From: Pseudonocardiaceae bacterium
GTDB lineage: Bacteria > Actinomycetota > Actinomycetes > Mycobacteriales > Pseudonocardiaceae
Reading direction: 5' to 3'
Assembly (NCBI GenBank): GCA_050699595.1
Contig: JBOHFI010000028.1
Coordinates: forward strand, 2,427-66,426
DNA length: 64,000 bases
In this document: in pieces, positions 26,697-35,818 of the stretch
Layout: each line of letters begins with the position of its first letter
How positions within the stretch are numbered: the stretch's first letter is position 1
Notes under the pieces: model-generated
Databases searched by the model: none
What the model was told of the DNA's origin: nothing
What the model saw: the letters and a program-made list of their open reading frames with translations, nothing else
Translations under genes and position numbers: made by a program

Positions 26697-27836
26697 GTGA
26701 TCAAATGGAGCGACGAGCAGCAGGCGTTGCGGAAATCCTTCAGCCAGTGGCACGAGGCGTTCAGCGCCGGGCACATCGAGGACGACCGGGACAGTGTGTT
26801 CTCCCGTGCGAGATGGGACCTGGTCCGCGAGTCGGGCCTGCTGTGCCTGCCGTTCGAGCAGCGGTGGGGCGGTCGTGGCCAGGACTTGCTCACCACGATG
26901 TACGTGCTGGAGGACCTGGGATACGGCTGCCGCGACAGCGGGCTGAACTTCTCAGTGTCGACGCATATCGTGAGTGCCGGCATCCCCGTGCAGCGATTCG
27001 GCTCAGACGACCTCAAACAGCGGTACATGGCCCGGATCTGTGATGGAGCGTCGATCGGCGCGCACGCCATCACCGAGCCCGAGGCCGGTTCGGACGCCAT
27101 GAGCTTGTCCACCACGGCCACGGCCGAGGGCGACTCGTTCATTCTCGATGGCAGGAAGGCGTTCATCAGCAACGGCCCGGTCGCGGACCTGTTCGTCGTC
27201 TACGCACGGACAGGCACCGGCCATGATTTCCAGGGGATCACCGCGTTCATCGTGGAACGCGGTACCCCGGGCTTCACCATCGGGCAGTCGGTCGAGAAGA
27301 TGGGCTTGCGGACCTCCCCGTTCTGTGAGTTGACATTCGAGGGCTGCCGGGTGCCGGCAGCGAACGTCCTCGGCCGGCCCGGGTCTGGTTTCTTCATCCT
27401 CGAGTACGTTCTGGCCTGGGAGATCCTCTGCTTGTTCATCATGGCGGTGGGGGAGATGCGCCATCGTCTGGGGCGCTGCCTTGACTACGCCAAGAATCGA
27501 AAGCAGTTCGGTGCGCCCATCGGCTCGTTCCAATCCGTCGCCGACAAGATCATCGATGCCAAGATCGGGGTCGAGACGTCCCGCAAGTGGCTTTATGACA
27601 CCGCTGAGAAGCACACGAATCGGGAGAACGTGACGATGGACATCGCCATCGCCAAGCTGGTGACCAGCGAGGCCAACGTCGCCTCCGCGATGGCCGCGGT
27701 GCAGCTCTTCGGCGGCCGGGGGTACCTGACCGAGTACGGCCTGGAGAAGGATCTCCGCAACGCCATCGCGGGGACCATCTACTCCGGCACCTCGGAGATG
27801 CAGCGGCGCCGGATCGCCACGCTGCTGGGTCTTTAG
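26697..27836 (+). CDS. acyl-CoA dehydrogenase-family flavoenzyme
   Basis: GTG 26697 after aggag. GAHAITEPEAGSDAMSL...DGRKAFISNGPVADLFVVYART... and C-terminal VQLFGGRGY...RNAIAGTIYSGTSEMQRRRIA. Confidence 0.85.
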   Translation: MIKWSDEQQALRKSFSQWHEAFSAGHIEDDRDSVFSRARWDLVRESGLLCLPFEQRWGGRGQDLLTTMYVLEDLGYGCRDSGLNFSVSTHIVSAGIPVQRFGSDDLKQRYMARICDGASIGAHAITEPEAGSDAMSLSTTATAEGDSFILDGRKAFISNGPVADLFVVYARTGTGHDFQGITAFIVERGTPGFTIGQSVEKMGLRTSPFCELTFEGCRVPAANVLGRPGSGFFILEYVLAWEILCLFIMAVGEMRHRLGRCLDYAKNRKQFGAPIGSFQSVADKIIDAKIGVETSRKWLYDTAEKHTNRENVTMDIAIAKLVTSEANVASAMAAVQLFGGRGYLTEYGLEKDLRNAIAGTIYSGTSEMQRRRIATLLGL

Positions 27837-28630
27837 GGCCCAGGCCGGTCGAGGTCGGCCAGCAGAACGCGGACGTCCTGGAGCAGGTCACGGTGCTCCA
27901 GGACGGCGCGCTCGATGTGGGCGACCCAGGTGCTGCCCACGATCGCCGCGTCCGCTCCGACGTCGCGCAGCGCCGCGAGGTGGCTCCGGTCCCGGACCCC
28001 GAAGCCGACCGCGATCGGGATCTCCGTGCGCCGGCGCAGGGCGGTGATGACCGGCGCCAGCGCGCCGTAGTCGGCCGGGCCGGCTCCGGTCTTCCCATAG
28101 TGCGCCGCCAGGTAGAGATAGGCGGATCCGTGGCGCCCCGCTTCGTCCAGCACCGCATCCGCCGAGGTGGCGTAGCACGTGCTCACGATGGGTTGACCGA
28201 GCAGATGAGCGGTCTCGTAGTACCCCTGGCGCAGCCTCGGGGGCAGGCCGTGCAGCAGCAGGGCGTCCGCGCCCGCCGACTGCACTCGACCCACGAACTC
28301 CCGAGGTGGCAGTGCCCGCGCGGTGTGGCTCCAGTCCGCCAGCAGCGCGATCTTGAGATGTGACAGCCGTGGACGGACGCTTGCCACGAAGGCGAGCGTG
28401 GCGTCCAGGTCGATGCCGCCCTCCAGCGCCCGGCGAGCGGAGCGCCGGATGACCGGCCCGTCGCTCACCGAGTCGGGGAAGGGGACGGCGAGCTCCAGGC
28501 AGTCCACCCGGCAGGCGTCCAGCTGGAGGACGAGATCCTCCAGCTGGTCCAGCGGCGGGTCACCGGCGTTGAGGAACACCGCGAGCCCGATGTCTCCCGG
28601 GTGCCGGTCGGCGAAGAACGCGGACATCAC
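27833..28630 (-). CDS. tryptophan synthase alpha-chain paralogue (TrpA-like)
   Basis: LELAVPFPDSVSDGPVIRRSARRAL retains the catalytic Glu/Asp context of TrpA, with C-terminal IPIAVGFGV...GADAAIVGS. Last gene of the minus-strand operon. Confidence 0.8.
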   Translation of the reverse strand: MMSAFFADRHPGDIGLAVFLNAGDPPLDQLEDLVLQLDACRVDCLELAVPFPDSVSDGPVIRRSARRALEGGIDLDATLAFVASVRPRLSHLKIALLADWSHTARALPPREFVGRVQSAGADALLLHGLPPRLRQGYYETAHLLGQPIVSTCYATSADAVLDEAGRHGSAYLYLAAHYGKTGAGPADYGALAPVITALRRRTEIPIAVGFGVRDRSHLAALRDVGADAAIVGSTWVAHIERAVLEHRDLLQDVRVLLADLDRPGP

Positions 28631-29679
28631 CGCCCCACCAGGTGCGGGGTGCGGTCTTCGTGTCGCCGTATCCGCTCGATCAGGCGCACCGGAAGACCCC
28701 GTTCCATCGACTGACGGGCTGATCGCAGGGCTCGCGGCCAGTCATCGGCCACCCCGCACGCGATCACGAGCGCCGCGGCGTTGAGGCAGATGCTGTCGAT
28801 CGCGGCGGGTGCGCCGTCACCGGAGAGCAGCGCGAGGAAATGGCCGGCGATGGAGGTGTCCTCGGTCGCGGGGCGCAGATCCTCCAGCGATCCCGCACCG
28901 AGCCCGAGCGCCTCCGGCGTCAAGCGGACGTCACGATCGCGGGTGCTGTCATAGATGACGTTCTCCTCGAAGCCGAGGAGCTCATCGACGCCGGTGTTGT
29001 TCGAACAGACCAACATCCGCCGGCCGGACTCCCGCCCCGCGAGATACCTGAAGATGGGGAGCAGTGCTGGGTCTGACACGCCGGTGACCTGCGCCGATAC
29101 CGGCACGTCCGCCAGGAAGGGGCCGAACGAATTGAAGAACCGTCCCAGAGCGCGCATGTCCCAGGGCAGGATGTTCGTGGCGAGCAGCCTCAGCTCCCTG
29201 GGGTAGACGAAGCTCCCGGCACAGGCGATCCCGAAGGACTCCACCATGGCGTCGGTCTGCGCATAGGAGGTGCTCAGCGGGACGCCGAGCCGGTCCAGCA
29301 GGTCGACGGATCCGCAGCGGCTCGTGTACGCGCGCGAGCCGGTCTTGATCACCTTGGCGCCGATGGTCGCGGCGACGAAAGCCGCCGCGGTGGACAGGTT
29401 GAACGTGCTCGGGCCACCACCTGTGCCCACGATGTTCACGGTTGCCCGCCGCGGTGGCGCACTGCCGGCGTGGCTGTTCCGAAGCGACGCCAGCAGTGCG
29501 CCCACCGAGGCCGCGTCGGGTGTCCGAGTGGACAAAGACGATACCAGCGCCACCGCCTCGCCTGGGTGCAGCACGCGGTCGCGCAGGCGGTCCCAGAAGG
29601 ACCGCCACATGGCCTCGGTGAGGGGATAGTCCCGGGTGACGAGCGCGACGAGAACGTCGCGCTCAGCGCTAGGTCGCAT
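28627..29679 (-). CDS. anthranilate phosphoribosyltransferase paralogue (TrpD-like, glycosyltransferase family 3)
   Basis: NIVGTGGGPSTFNLSTAAAFVAATIGAKVIKTGSRAYTSRCGSVDLLDRLGV, compared with canonical VGTGGDG..TFNISTAAAFV..G..V.KHGNR..SS..GSAD.LE.LGV. Start is uncertain: ATG 29679 or 29712, and both overlap the carrier-protein gene. Confidence 0.75.
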   Translation of the reverse strand: MRPSAERDVLVALVTRDYPLTEAMWRSFWDRLRDRVLHPGEAVALVSSLSTRTPDAASVGALLASLRNSHAGSAPPRRATVNIVGTGGGPSTFNLSTAAAFVAATIGAKVIKTGSRAYTSRCGSVDLLDRLGVPLSTSYAQTDAMVESFGIACAGSFVYPRELRLLATNILPWDMRALGRFFNSFGPFLADVPVSAQVTGVSDPALLPIFRYLAGRESGRRMLVCSNNTGVDELLGFEENVIYDSTRDRDVRLTPEALGLGAGSLEDLRPATEDTSIAGHFLALLSGDGAPAAIDSICLNAAALVIACGVADDWPRALRSARQSMERGLPVRLIERIRRHEDRTPHLVGR

Positions 29680-29932
29680 CGGCTTGGCGGCGCATGTGCT
29701 CGATGAAGTCACGGATCGCCGTCACCGAGCGGAAGGTTTCCGGGACGATCTCCGCGTCGTCCAGGGGGATCTCGAACGTGTCCTCCAGCCACACGATCAC
29801 TCGCAGTACCCCGAGGCTGTCGATGACACCACCGGCGAGGAGGTCGTAGTCCTCCTCCAGCTCCTCGACGGGGACGTCGGGCATGAACTCCTTGACGATG
29901 AACTCCTTGATGGTGCGGGTCTGGTCGCTCAT
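29669..29932 (-). CDS. stand-alone acyl/peptidyl carrier protein
   Basis: 87 aa, acidic, with the phosphopantetheine site GGVIDSLGVLRVIVWLE. Confidence 0.8.
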   Translation of the reverse strand: MSDQTRTIKEFIVKEFMPDVPVEELEEDYDLLAGGVIDSLGVLRVIVWLEDTFEIPLDDAEIVPETFRSVTAIRDFIEHMRRQADAT

Positions 29933-31446
29933 GTGCTTTTCTCCTCTTGGCTGAACACGCTGCGCTGCCGGTCGATCTTTCCGGTCGACGTTTTCGGCAA
30001 CGGCGTGGTGACGATGCGTATCGTTGAGGGGATGGCCGCCCGGTCCAGGCCGCGAGCGCAGTGCCGGCGCAGCGTCAGGCTGTTCAGCCGGCTGGTCGCC
30101 TCCCGCCGGACCACCGCGTGCAGCCGGTTTCCGGCCACCTCGTCGGGGACCGCGACGACCGCGACCTCCACCACCTGATCGTGGCCGAGGATGACCTGCT
30201 CGACTACTTGCGTGCTGATCCGCACGCCGCGGACCTTCACGAAGCTGTCGGTCCGGCCTTCCAGGGTGATCGTGCCGTCGTCGTGGCGCCGCACGGTGTC
30301 GCCGGTGCGGAAGTACGTCCGCCGGCCGGCGTCACCGGGGTATGAGACGAACTTGCCGTCGTTGAGCGCCGCGCAGAGATATCCCGAGGTCTGGAACGGG
30401 GTCGCGACCCACAGCTCGCCGGTCCCCGGCCCCTCGAGGGCCTGGCCCGCGTCGTCGACGACGAGCGCGCTGACCCCCTCGATCGGCCGGCCGATCGGGA
30501 GGTGGGGCTGGGTGGCGGCGTGCGATATGTCGATCTCATGGATGAAGCTGTCGTTGGTCTCGGTCGAGCCGTAGATGTTGGAGAAGCGCGCGTGCGGGAA
30601 CAGCGCGGGGAGTGCGGCGAGCGTGCGCTGGGGGGTACTGTCGCCGGTGACGATCACGTCGCGGGTGCTGGTGACGCGGTGGCCGCTGTCCTGGGTCGCG
30701 TCGATCAGCAGGCGGTACAGCATCGGGACCGCTTGGATGACCTGCGGCTGCGCGGTCGTGATCAGGTCCACCAGGTAATGGGCGTTGGTCGCTCGGTCCT
30801 GGTCGACCAGCGCGACGCATCCCCCGTGTGCCAGCGTGGTCCAGATGTCCAGCAGGCACAGGTCGAAGTTGAGCGGCGCGTAGTTGAGGACCGTGGTGTC
30901 GCCGGTGATGCCGAAGTGGGCACCGGCCCAGTCGGTGAAGCGGTCGATCGCCGGCAGCGCCAGCGGCACGATCTTCGGTACTCCGGTCGAACCGGAGGTG
31001 GTCAGCATCAACGCGGCTTCCCCGGCCGTGAGGGGCCGCGAGCGGTCTTCGGTGGGTGCCTCGCCCACGGCCTCGCAGCTCAGGCTGCCGGGATTCGTGC
31101 CTGGGGAGAGCATGTGCCCGCAGCCGGCTTGGGTGAACAACCGCTGGAGCGTGTCGCCGCCGAGGCTGGTTGAGGGCAGCAGGATCGAACGCCGGTCCAG
31201 CAGGCACGCCAAGATCAGCGAGATGGCGTGCGGCGACTTCTTGGCGAGGATGCCGAGGGGACCCCGCCGGGGAACAGCGAGCCGTTCAAGGTGCGCCTGG
31301 GTGTCACGCGCCATCTCCTGGAGATCGCCGTAGCTGATCCGCTCGCCGTGCCAGAGCAGCGCCGGCGCGCTCGGCCGGCGTCGCGCCTGCTCGATGATGC
31401 GCTCCGGAAGTGCGGCGACCGCGATGCTCATGGTCCTGGCGTTCAT
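29929..31446 (-). CDS. stand-alone adenylation enzyme (ANL superfamily, NRPS A-domain type)
   Basis: Core motifs LTTSGSTGVPKIV, NIYGSTETN, GELWVATPFQTSGY, YFRTGDTV, GRTDSFVKVRGVRI, LPKTSTGKIDR. Confidence 0.85.
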   Translation of the reverse strand: MNARTMSIAVAALPERIIEQARRRPSAPALLWHGERISYGDLQEMARDTQAHLERLAVPRRGPLGILAKKSPHAISLILACLLDRRSILLPSTSLGGDTLQRLFTQAGCGHMLSPGTNPGSLSCEAVGEAPTEDRSRPLTAGEAALMLTTSGSTGVPKIVPLALPAIDRFTDWAGAHFGITGDTTVLNYAPLNFDLCLLDIWTTLAHGGCVALVDQDRATNAHYLVDLITTAQPQVIQAVPMLYRLLIDATQDSGHRVTSTRDVIVTGDSTPQRTLAALPALFPHARFSNIYGSTETNDSFIHEIDISHAATQPHLPIGRPIEGVSALVVDDAGQALEGPGTGELWVATPFQTSGYLCAALNDGKFVSYPGDAGRRTYFRTGDTVRRHDDGTITLEGRTDSFVKVRGVRISTQVVEQVILGHDQVVEVAVVAVPDEVAGNRLHAVVRREATSRLNSLTLRRHCARGLDRAAIPSTIRIVTTPLPKTSTGKIDRQRSVFSQEEKST

Positions 31447-32150
31447 GCGGCACCTGTCATCTCTCGTCGGTGCTGGTCGAACTCACGCGACCAGCTCTGT
31501 GCGCTCTGTGCGCGCAGCAGCCCGGTGCCGACCAGCACGCCCTTGAATCCGGCGTTGATGAGGCGGGCGGCGACGTCCGGTTCGTCGATGCCGCTGGCGC
31601 TGACGGGGCACCGGGTCCCGGTCAGCAGCGCGAGCTCCCGCAACGCGAGGCTCCGGTCGACGTCGGCGTGGCCGCGTTCGCGGTGCTGGATGTCCTTGTT
31701 ATTGATCGCCACGACGCAGTCCTCGCCGTGGCTCACCGCCTCGAGCTCCGGCTCGCCGGCCGCTTCCACGAAGGGGGTCAACCCGTGGCGCAACGTCGTC
31801 GTGATCAGGCGCTGAAGCACCGATCTCGGGAGGATCCGAGCCGTCAGGAGGATCGCTGAGGCGCCCATGTCCTTCGCCTGGACGATCTGGCTCTCCTTCG
31901 TGATGAAGTCTTTTTTCAGAATGGGCAGGTCGGTGAGTCGGGCGACATCGTGCAGCATCGCGTCAGTGCCGCCGAACCAGCGCCCGGTCACCACGGACAG
32001 GCACGGCGCCCCGGCACGGTGGTATTCAGACACGATCTCGGATAACGAACGCCGCCGGAAGAGGTCCTCGCCGTCAGCGCTTCTCTTCTTGATCTCCATG
32101 ATCACAGGGTGGTGGGATGCGAGTAGTTCCCCGATGAATGTGTCAGACAT
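31443..32150 (-). CDS. indole-3-glycerol-phosphate synthase paralogue (TrpC-like)
   Basis: VIMEIKKRSADG, CLSVVTGRWFGG, PILKKDFITKESQIVQAKDMGASAILL and VAINNKDI are collinear with TrpC signature blocks, but the ASPS(K)G block is altered. Confidence 0.8.
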   Translation of the reverse strand: MSDTFIGELLASHHPVIMEIKKRSADGEDLFRRRSLSEIVSEYHRAGAPCLSVVTGRWFGGTDAMLHDVARLTDLPILKKDFITKESQIVQAKDMGASAILLTARILPRSVLQRLITTTLRHGLTPFVEAAGEPELEAVSHGEDCVVAINNKDIQHRERGHADVDRSLALRELALLTGTRCPVSASGIDEPDVAARLINAGFKGVLVGTGLLRAQSAQSWSREFDQHRREMTGAA

Positions 32151-32835
32151 GATGGTGGTCGTATTCTGTGTGGGCGGTCCACGCCCGGATGATGGCGTCG
32201 ATGTTCTCCGGCCGCAGTTCCCCGTCCGGCCCGCGCGCGTTGGTGTCGACGTCGATGCCGAGCCAGCTGGGGTTGCGGATCACGCGGGCGTACTCGCGCC
32301 GATTCTCCGAGCTGATGCCCCCGGCGAGGAGAAACGGCTGGGTGAGCCGCTCGGCGAGCGAGGAGACGACCCCGCCGTCCAGTGATCGACCGGTGCTTCC
32401 GATCCGACCATCGGCGGTCACCACGTCGAAGAGGAATACGTCGACGCCGGCCTTCTCGTAGGAGCGGATGAGGGGCGCCTCAAGACAGGAGGTCCCTCGG
32501 ACGTGTAGTGCCTTGATAATGTGTACCTCTTCCGGGATGGCCCGCTTGACCGCGCGGACCAGGGTGGGTGTCTGGTATCCGTGTAGCTGGACCCAGCTCA
32601 CGTGAGACTGACGGATGACCTCGTGCAGTGCTTCGGCGTCATCCAAGAATGTGACGAGGACCGGCTCCAGGCCGTGTGTCGCCCGGGCCGCTGCCGCCAG
32701 CCGTCGGAACTCGGTCAGCGGCAGGTCGGCGTGCCCACCCGGCACTGCGTGCCAGAGGCCGACGAAATCGACCGGGAGTGACCCGAGTAGATCGATCTCG
32801 TCTGGCCGGATAATACCACAGATCTTGACGCGCAT
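32143..32835 (-). CDS. phosphoribosylanthranilate isomerase paralogue (TrpF-like)
   Basis: ATG 32835. MRVKICGIIRPDEIDLL...VDFVGLWH.. and C-terminal FLLAGGIS..N. Confidence 0.75.
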   Translation of the reverse strand: MRVKICGIIRPDEIDLLGSLPVDFVGLWHAVPGGHADLPLTEFRRLAAAARATHGLEPVLVTFLDDAEALHEVIRQSHVSWVQLHGYQTPTLVRAVKRAIPEEVHIIKALHVRGTSCLEAPLIRSYEKAGVDVFLFDVVTADGRIGSTGRSLDGGVVSSLAERLTQPFLLAGGISSENRREYARVIRNPSWLGIDVDTNARGPDGELRPENIDAIIRAWTAHTEYDHHHV

Positions 32836-33091
32836 GATTTCCGATTCCCCCTTTCGGCGGTCGGTCACGGTGCCCACGAGTATGAGAGCGGGGTGATGCC
32901 GCGTTGATACCCGGATCCTGGGATTTCGCGGTGGTCGTGCGCGATGCGCCTATTTCGCGGGCAACCCTGACTAAGACCCGTGCCCGCGCCACAGGGTGGT
33001 CCGGAGATTTCAGGGTGCTTCCCGATGACGCCGACCCCACTGCGCGGGCACTCTGTTGTTCATGAACCCAGTACTGACTGATCGGGTGCAG

Positions 33092-33973
33092 ATGAGTACC
33101 GTGACGACCCAGCCTGCGACGACCCAGCCGGCGCTGGCCGGCTCAGTGGCCCTGGTGACGGGTGGTGGGCGCGGCATCGGGCGGGTGCTGGCGCTCGCCT
33201 TGGCCGACGCCGGCGCGGCGGTGGGCCTGATCGCTCGCTCCACCGAGCAGCTCGCGGAGTCGGCGCGACTGATCGAGGCGGCGGGCGGTGTCGTCGCCGA
33301 GGTCAGCGCGGACCTGGCCGACCCGGACTCCGCCGCGATCGCCGTGGAGAAGCTGCGCTCCGAGCTCGGCCCCGTCGACCTGCTCGTGAACAACGCCGGG
33401 ATCAGCGGGCCGGTCGGGCTGGCCTGGGAGGTCCGGGAGGACGACTGGTGGCGCACCGTCGAGGTCAACCTGCGCAGTGTCACGCTGTGCAGCCGGCTGG
33501 TGCTGCCGGAGATGACGGCCCGCCGGCGGGGCCGGATCGTGAACCTGACCAGCCAGGCCGGCGTGTTCCGCTGGCCGACGATGTCCGCGTACTCGGTGTC
33601 CAAGGCGGCCGTCGTTAAGTTCACCGAGAACCTCGGACACGAGACCAGGCGCTCGGGTGTCAGTGTCTTCAGCGTGAACCCCGGCCTGCTGCGGATCGGG
33701 CTCAGCGAGCGGGCGGTGGCCAGAGCCACGGCGGCGGACTCGGCGGAGCACCTGATCAACACCTGGATCCGCCGGGAGCTTGCCGCCGGCCGGGGCGCGG
33801 AGCCGCACCAGGCCGCTGAGCTGCTGCTCCGCATCGCCACCGGCGAGGTTGACCGGCTCAGCGGCCGCCACCTCTCGGTGCACGACGACCTGGACACCCT
33901 GCTCGCCCGAACCGAGGACATCCTCCGCGACGACCTCTACCTGCTGGGGCTGAGCAGCCTGCCGCGTGATTGA
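33092..33973 (+). CDS. short-chain dehydrogenase/reductase (SDR)
   Basis: VALVTGGGRGIGR, LVNNAGI and YSVSKAAV (the TGxxxGxG, NNAG and YxxxK motifs). Confidence 0.85.
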   Translation: MSTVTTQPATTQPALAGSVALVTGGGRGIGRVLALALADAGAAVGLIARSTEQLAESARLIEAAGGVVAEVSADLADPDSAAIAVEKLRSELGPVDLLVNNAGISGPVGLAWEVREDDWWRTVEVNLRSVTLCSRLVLPEMTARRRGRIVNLTSQAGVFRWPTMSAYSVSKAAVVKFTENLGHETRRSGVSVFSVNPGLLRIGLSERAVARATAADSAEHLINTWIRRELAAGRGAEPHQAAELLLRIATGEVDRLSGRHLSVHDDLDTLLARTEDILRDDLYLLGLSSLPRD

Positions 33974-34047
33974 GCTCGGCCGCGCGCCGCGTAACCTTGC
34001 CTCACCTCCGCGCGCCGCGAGGAGGTGAGGCAAGCGGGGGTTTCTTC

Positions 34048-35247
34048 GTGGATGTTGACTACGACGCACGCACGATCGGCCGTCGGCTGCGGCAGGTCCG
34101 GCATTCGCGGGGCAAGTCGTTGCGGGTGGTCGCCGGGCTGGTCGGGATCGGCAAGTCGCAGTTGTCGCAGATCGAGCGTGGTGAGTCATGCCCCAGCCTG
34201 AGGCTGATCGTGGCCCTGGCGAACGTGCTGGAGATCGCTCCGTCGGAGTTGACCAGGCTGCCGCTGCCCGCGCCCGCCAACGGGCACACCGACTCCACCA
34301 CGGAGGCGGTCCGGCTGGCGCTGGACGCGATCGACATCGACCGCCCCGGTGGGTTGGTATTGCCTGTTGCGGTGCTGCGGGATCAGGTGACCCGGATCAA
34401 CCAGCAGCGGCTGGCGTGCCGGTTCCCCGAGGTCGCCGCCGACCTGCCCAGACTGATCCGGAACCTGCACACCACGCTGGCCACCGGCGCCGACCACGCC
34501 GAGTTGCTCGATCTCGCCGTCTACCTGCATGTGCATGTCACCCGCTTCTGGCTCATCGAGGCGGCCGCGCCCGCCGACCTGCTCCGCCGGGTCGCCTTCC
34601 TGGCCCGACGCCTGGCCCAGGAGCGCGATGAGGTCACCACGCTCGCGGTCGCCTCGCTCGCCGTGACCGACGTGCTGCTGAACGGTGGCGCGTTTGAGCT
34701 GGGCCAGGCTGAGCTGGACTCGATCACCCTGCCGCCGACGACCGCCGGCACCGCCGGTCTGGTGGCCGTGGTCACCGTGCTCCATGCTCAGGCCGCCTCG
34801 GTGACCAGCCGTCCGGGCGATGTGGCCGCTCCGATGGAGGCCGCCGCGGAGCTGGCCGAGCGGTTCGGCGCAACCGGCGAAACCGACTCCGTGGGGTATC
34901 TGTTCGGTCCGGCCAACGCGGGCGTCATGCGCATGTGGCTCGCGCTCGACGCGGACGAGCCCGACCAGGCGGTCAGGGTCGCGCTCGACGTCGACCCTGA
35001 GCGTCACCCCGTCCCCGTGCTTCGGGCCACATATTGGATCCACTACGGCCGCGCGCTGGCCCGGCTGAGGGGACGCCGGGACGACGCCGTGATGGCACTG
35101 CGCACAGCGGAGGACATCTTCCCCACCAAGGTGCGCCGGAATCCGATGGTCCACGAGGTGATCACCGAGCTGCTCACCCGCGCGCGCCCGGATGCCGTGG
35201 GCCGGGAGTTGCGGGGGATGGCCTACCGGGCGGGCCTGCCGGTGTGA
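34048..35247 (+). CDS. XRE-family HTH regulator with TPR-like C-terminal domain
   Basis: GTG 34048. IGRRLRQVRHSRGKSLRVVAGLVGIGKSQLSQIERGE, followed by a helical C-terminal domain. Confidence 0.75.
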   Translation: MDVDYDARTIGRRLRQVRHSRGKSLRVVAGLVGIGKSQLSQIERGESCPSLRLIVALANVLEIAPSELTRLPLPAPANGHTDSTTEAVRLALDAIDIDRPGGLVLPVAVLRDQVTRINQQRLACRFPEVAADLPRLIRNLHTTLATGADHAELLDLAVYLHVHVTRFWLIEAAAPADLLRRVAFLARRLAQERDEVTTLAVASLAVTDVLLNGGAFELGQAELDSITLPPTTAGTAGLVAVVTVLHAQAASVTSRPGDVAAPMEAAAELAERFGATGETDSVGYLFGPANAGVMRMWLALDADEPDQAVRVALDVDPERHPVPVLRATYWIHYGRALARLRGRRDDAVMALRTAEDIFPTKVRRNPMVHEVITELLTRARPDAVGRELRGMAYRAGLPV

Positions 35248-35303
35248 CCCGTCCGGGTGGCGTCCACTGTGGCCGGACACCCAGAGCTTGATCAGGTTCA
35301 CTG

Positions 35304-35660
35304 TTGTGCACCGTGAGCGACGATATCTCCGAGACACAGGATCAGCCCGGCGAGCGAGCCGGGGAGGGCAAGGGTGCTGCGGATGAGCATCCGGCGTGGT
35401 GCTCGCCGGAGTACTGCCATGTCAACGACGAGGGAGTACGGGTCCATGAGCAGGCCCCGGTGGTCTGGGAGGACGAGACGTCGGAGGTGCTGTTCGACAG
35501 CCGGCTGGTCGACCCGTCGGACGCCGAAATCGTCTACGTCGAGCTGCGTCTCAAGAGCCTGGGGTTCGGGAGCTGGTTCTATGGGGGGTTCCCGCTGGAC
35601 ACGGCGCGACGGCTGCGTGATCAGCTGACCGCGCACCTGGACGCTGCGGAGCTGTCCTAG
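35304..35660 (+). CDS. small hypothetical protein
   Basis: 118 aa with HPAWCSPEYCHV..., resembling small Cys/His-containing proteins often found next to XRE regulators in actinomycete mobile DNA. The start is uncertain. Confidence 0.45.
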   Translation: MCTVSDDISETQDQPGERAGEGKGAADEHPAWCSPEYCHVNDEGVRVHEQAPVVWEDETSEVLFDSRLVDPSDAEIVYVELRLKSLGFGSWFYGGFPLDTARRLRDQLTAHLDAAELS

Positions 35661-35714
35661 GCGCTTGCGGGACGAAGTCGGTGTGATCGAGTCACGTGGT
35701 GCTCGGGTGGGGGT

Positions 35715-35775
35715 GATCGTGGTTTGTGTGTCGGAAACGACACGGGATGTCGTTTCCGACACACAAACCACGATC
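35715..35775. terminator. 27-bp perfect inverted repeat (bidirectional terminator candidate) between convergent genes
   Basis: gatcgtggtttgtgtgtcggaaacgac (35715-35741), 7-nt loop, gtcgtttccgacacacaaaccacgatc (35749-35775). Confidence 0.7.
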
Positions 35776-35818
35776 TTGAGGGTCTTCGGGGTCGGGCTGG
35801 GGCGCAGGCGAAGCCTCT

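Noticed and set aside
33010-35337. Long minus-strand ORFs (33010..33921, 33143..34189, 34186..35337) opposite the SDR and XRE genes
   Set aside because: They are shadow ORFs. The plus-strand products carry TGxxxGxG/YxxxK and HTH motifs, and the minus-strand translations are Arg/Pro-rich.
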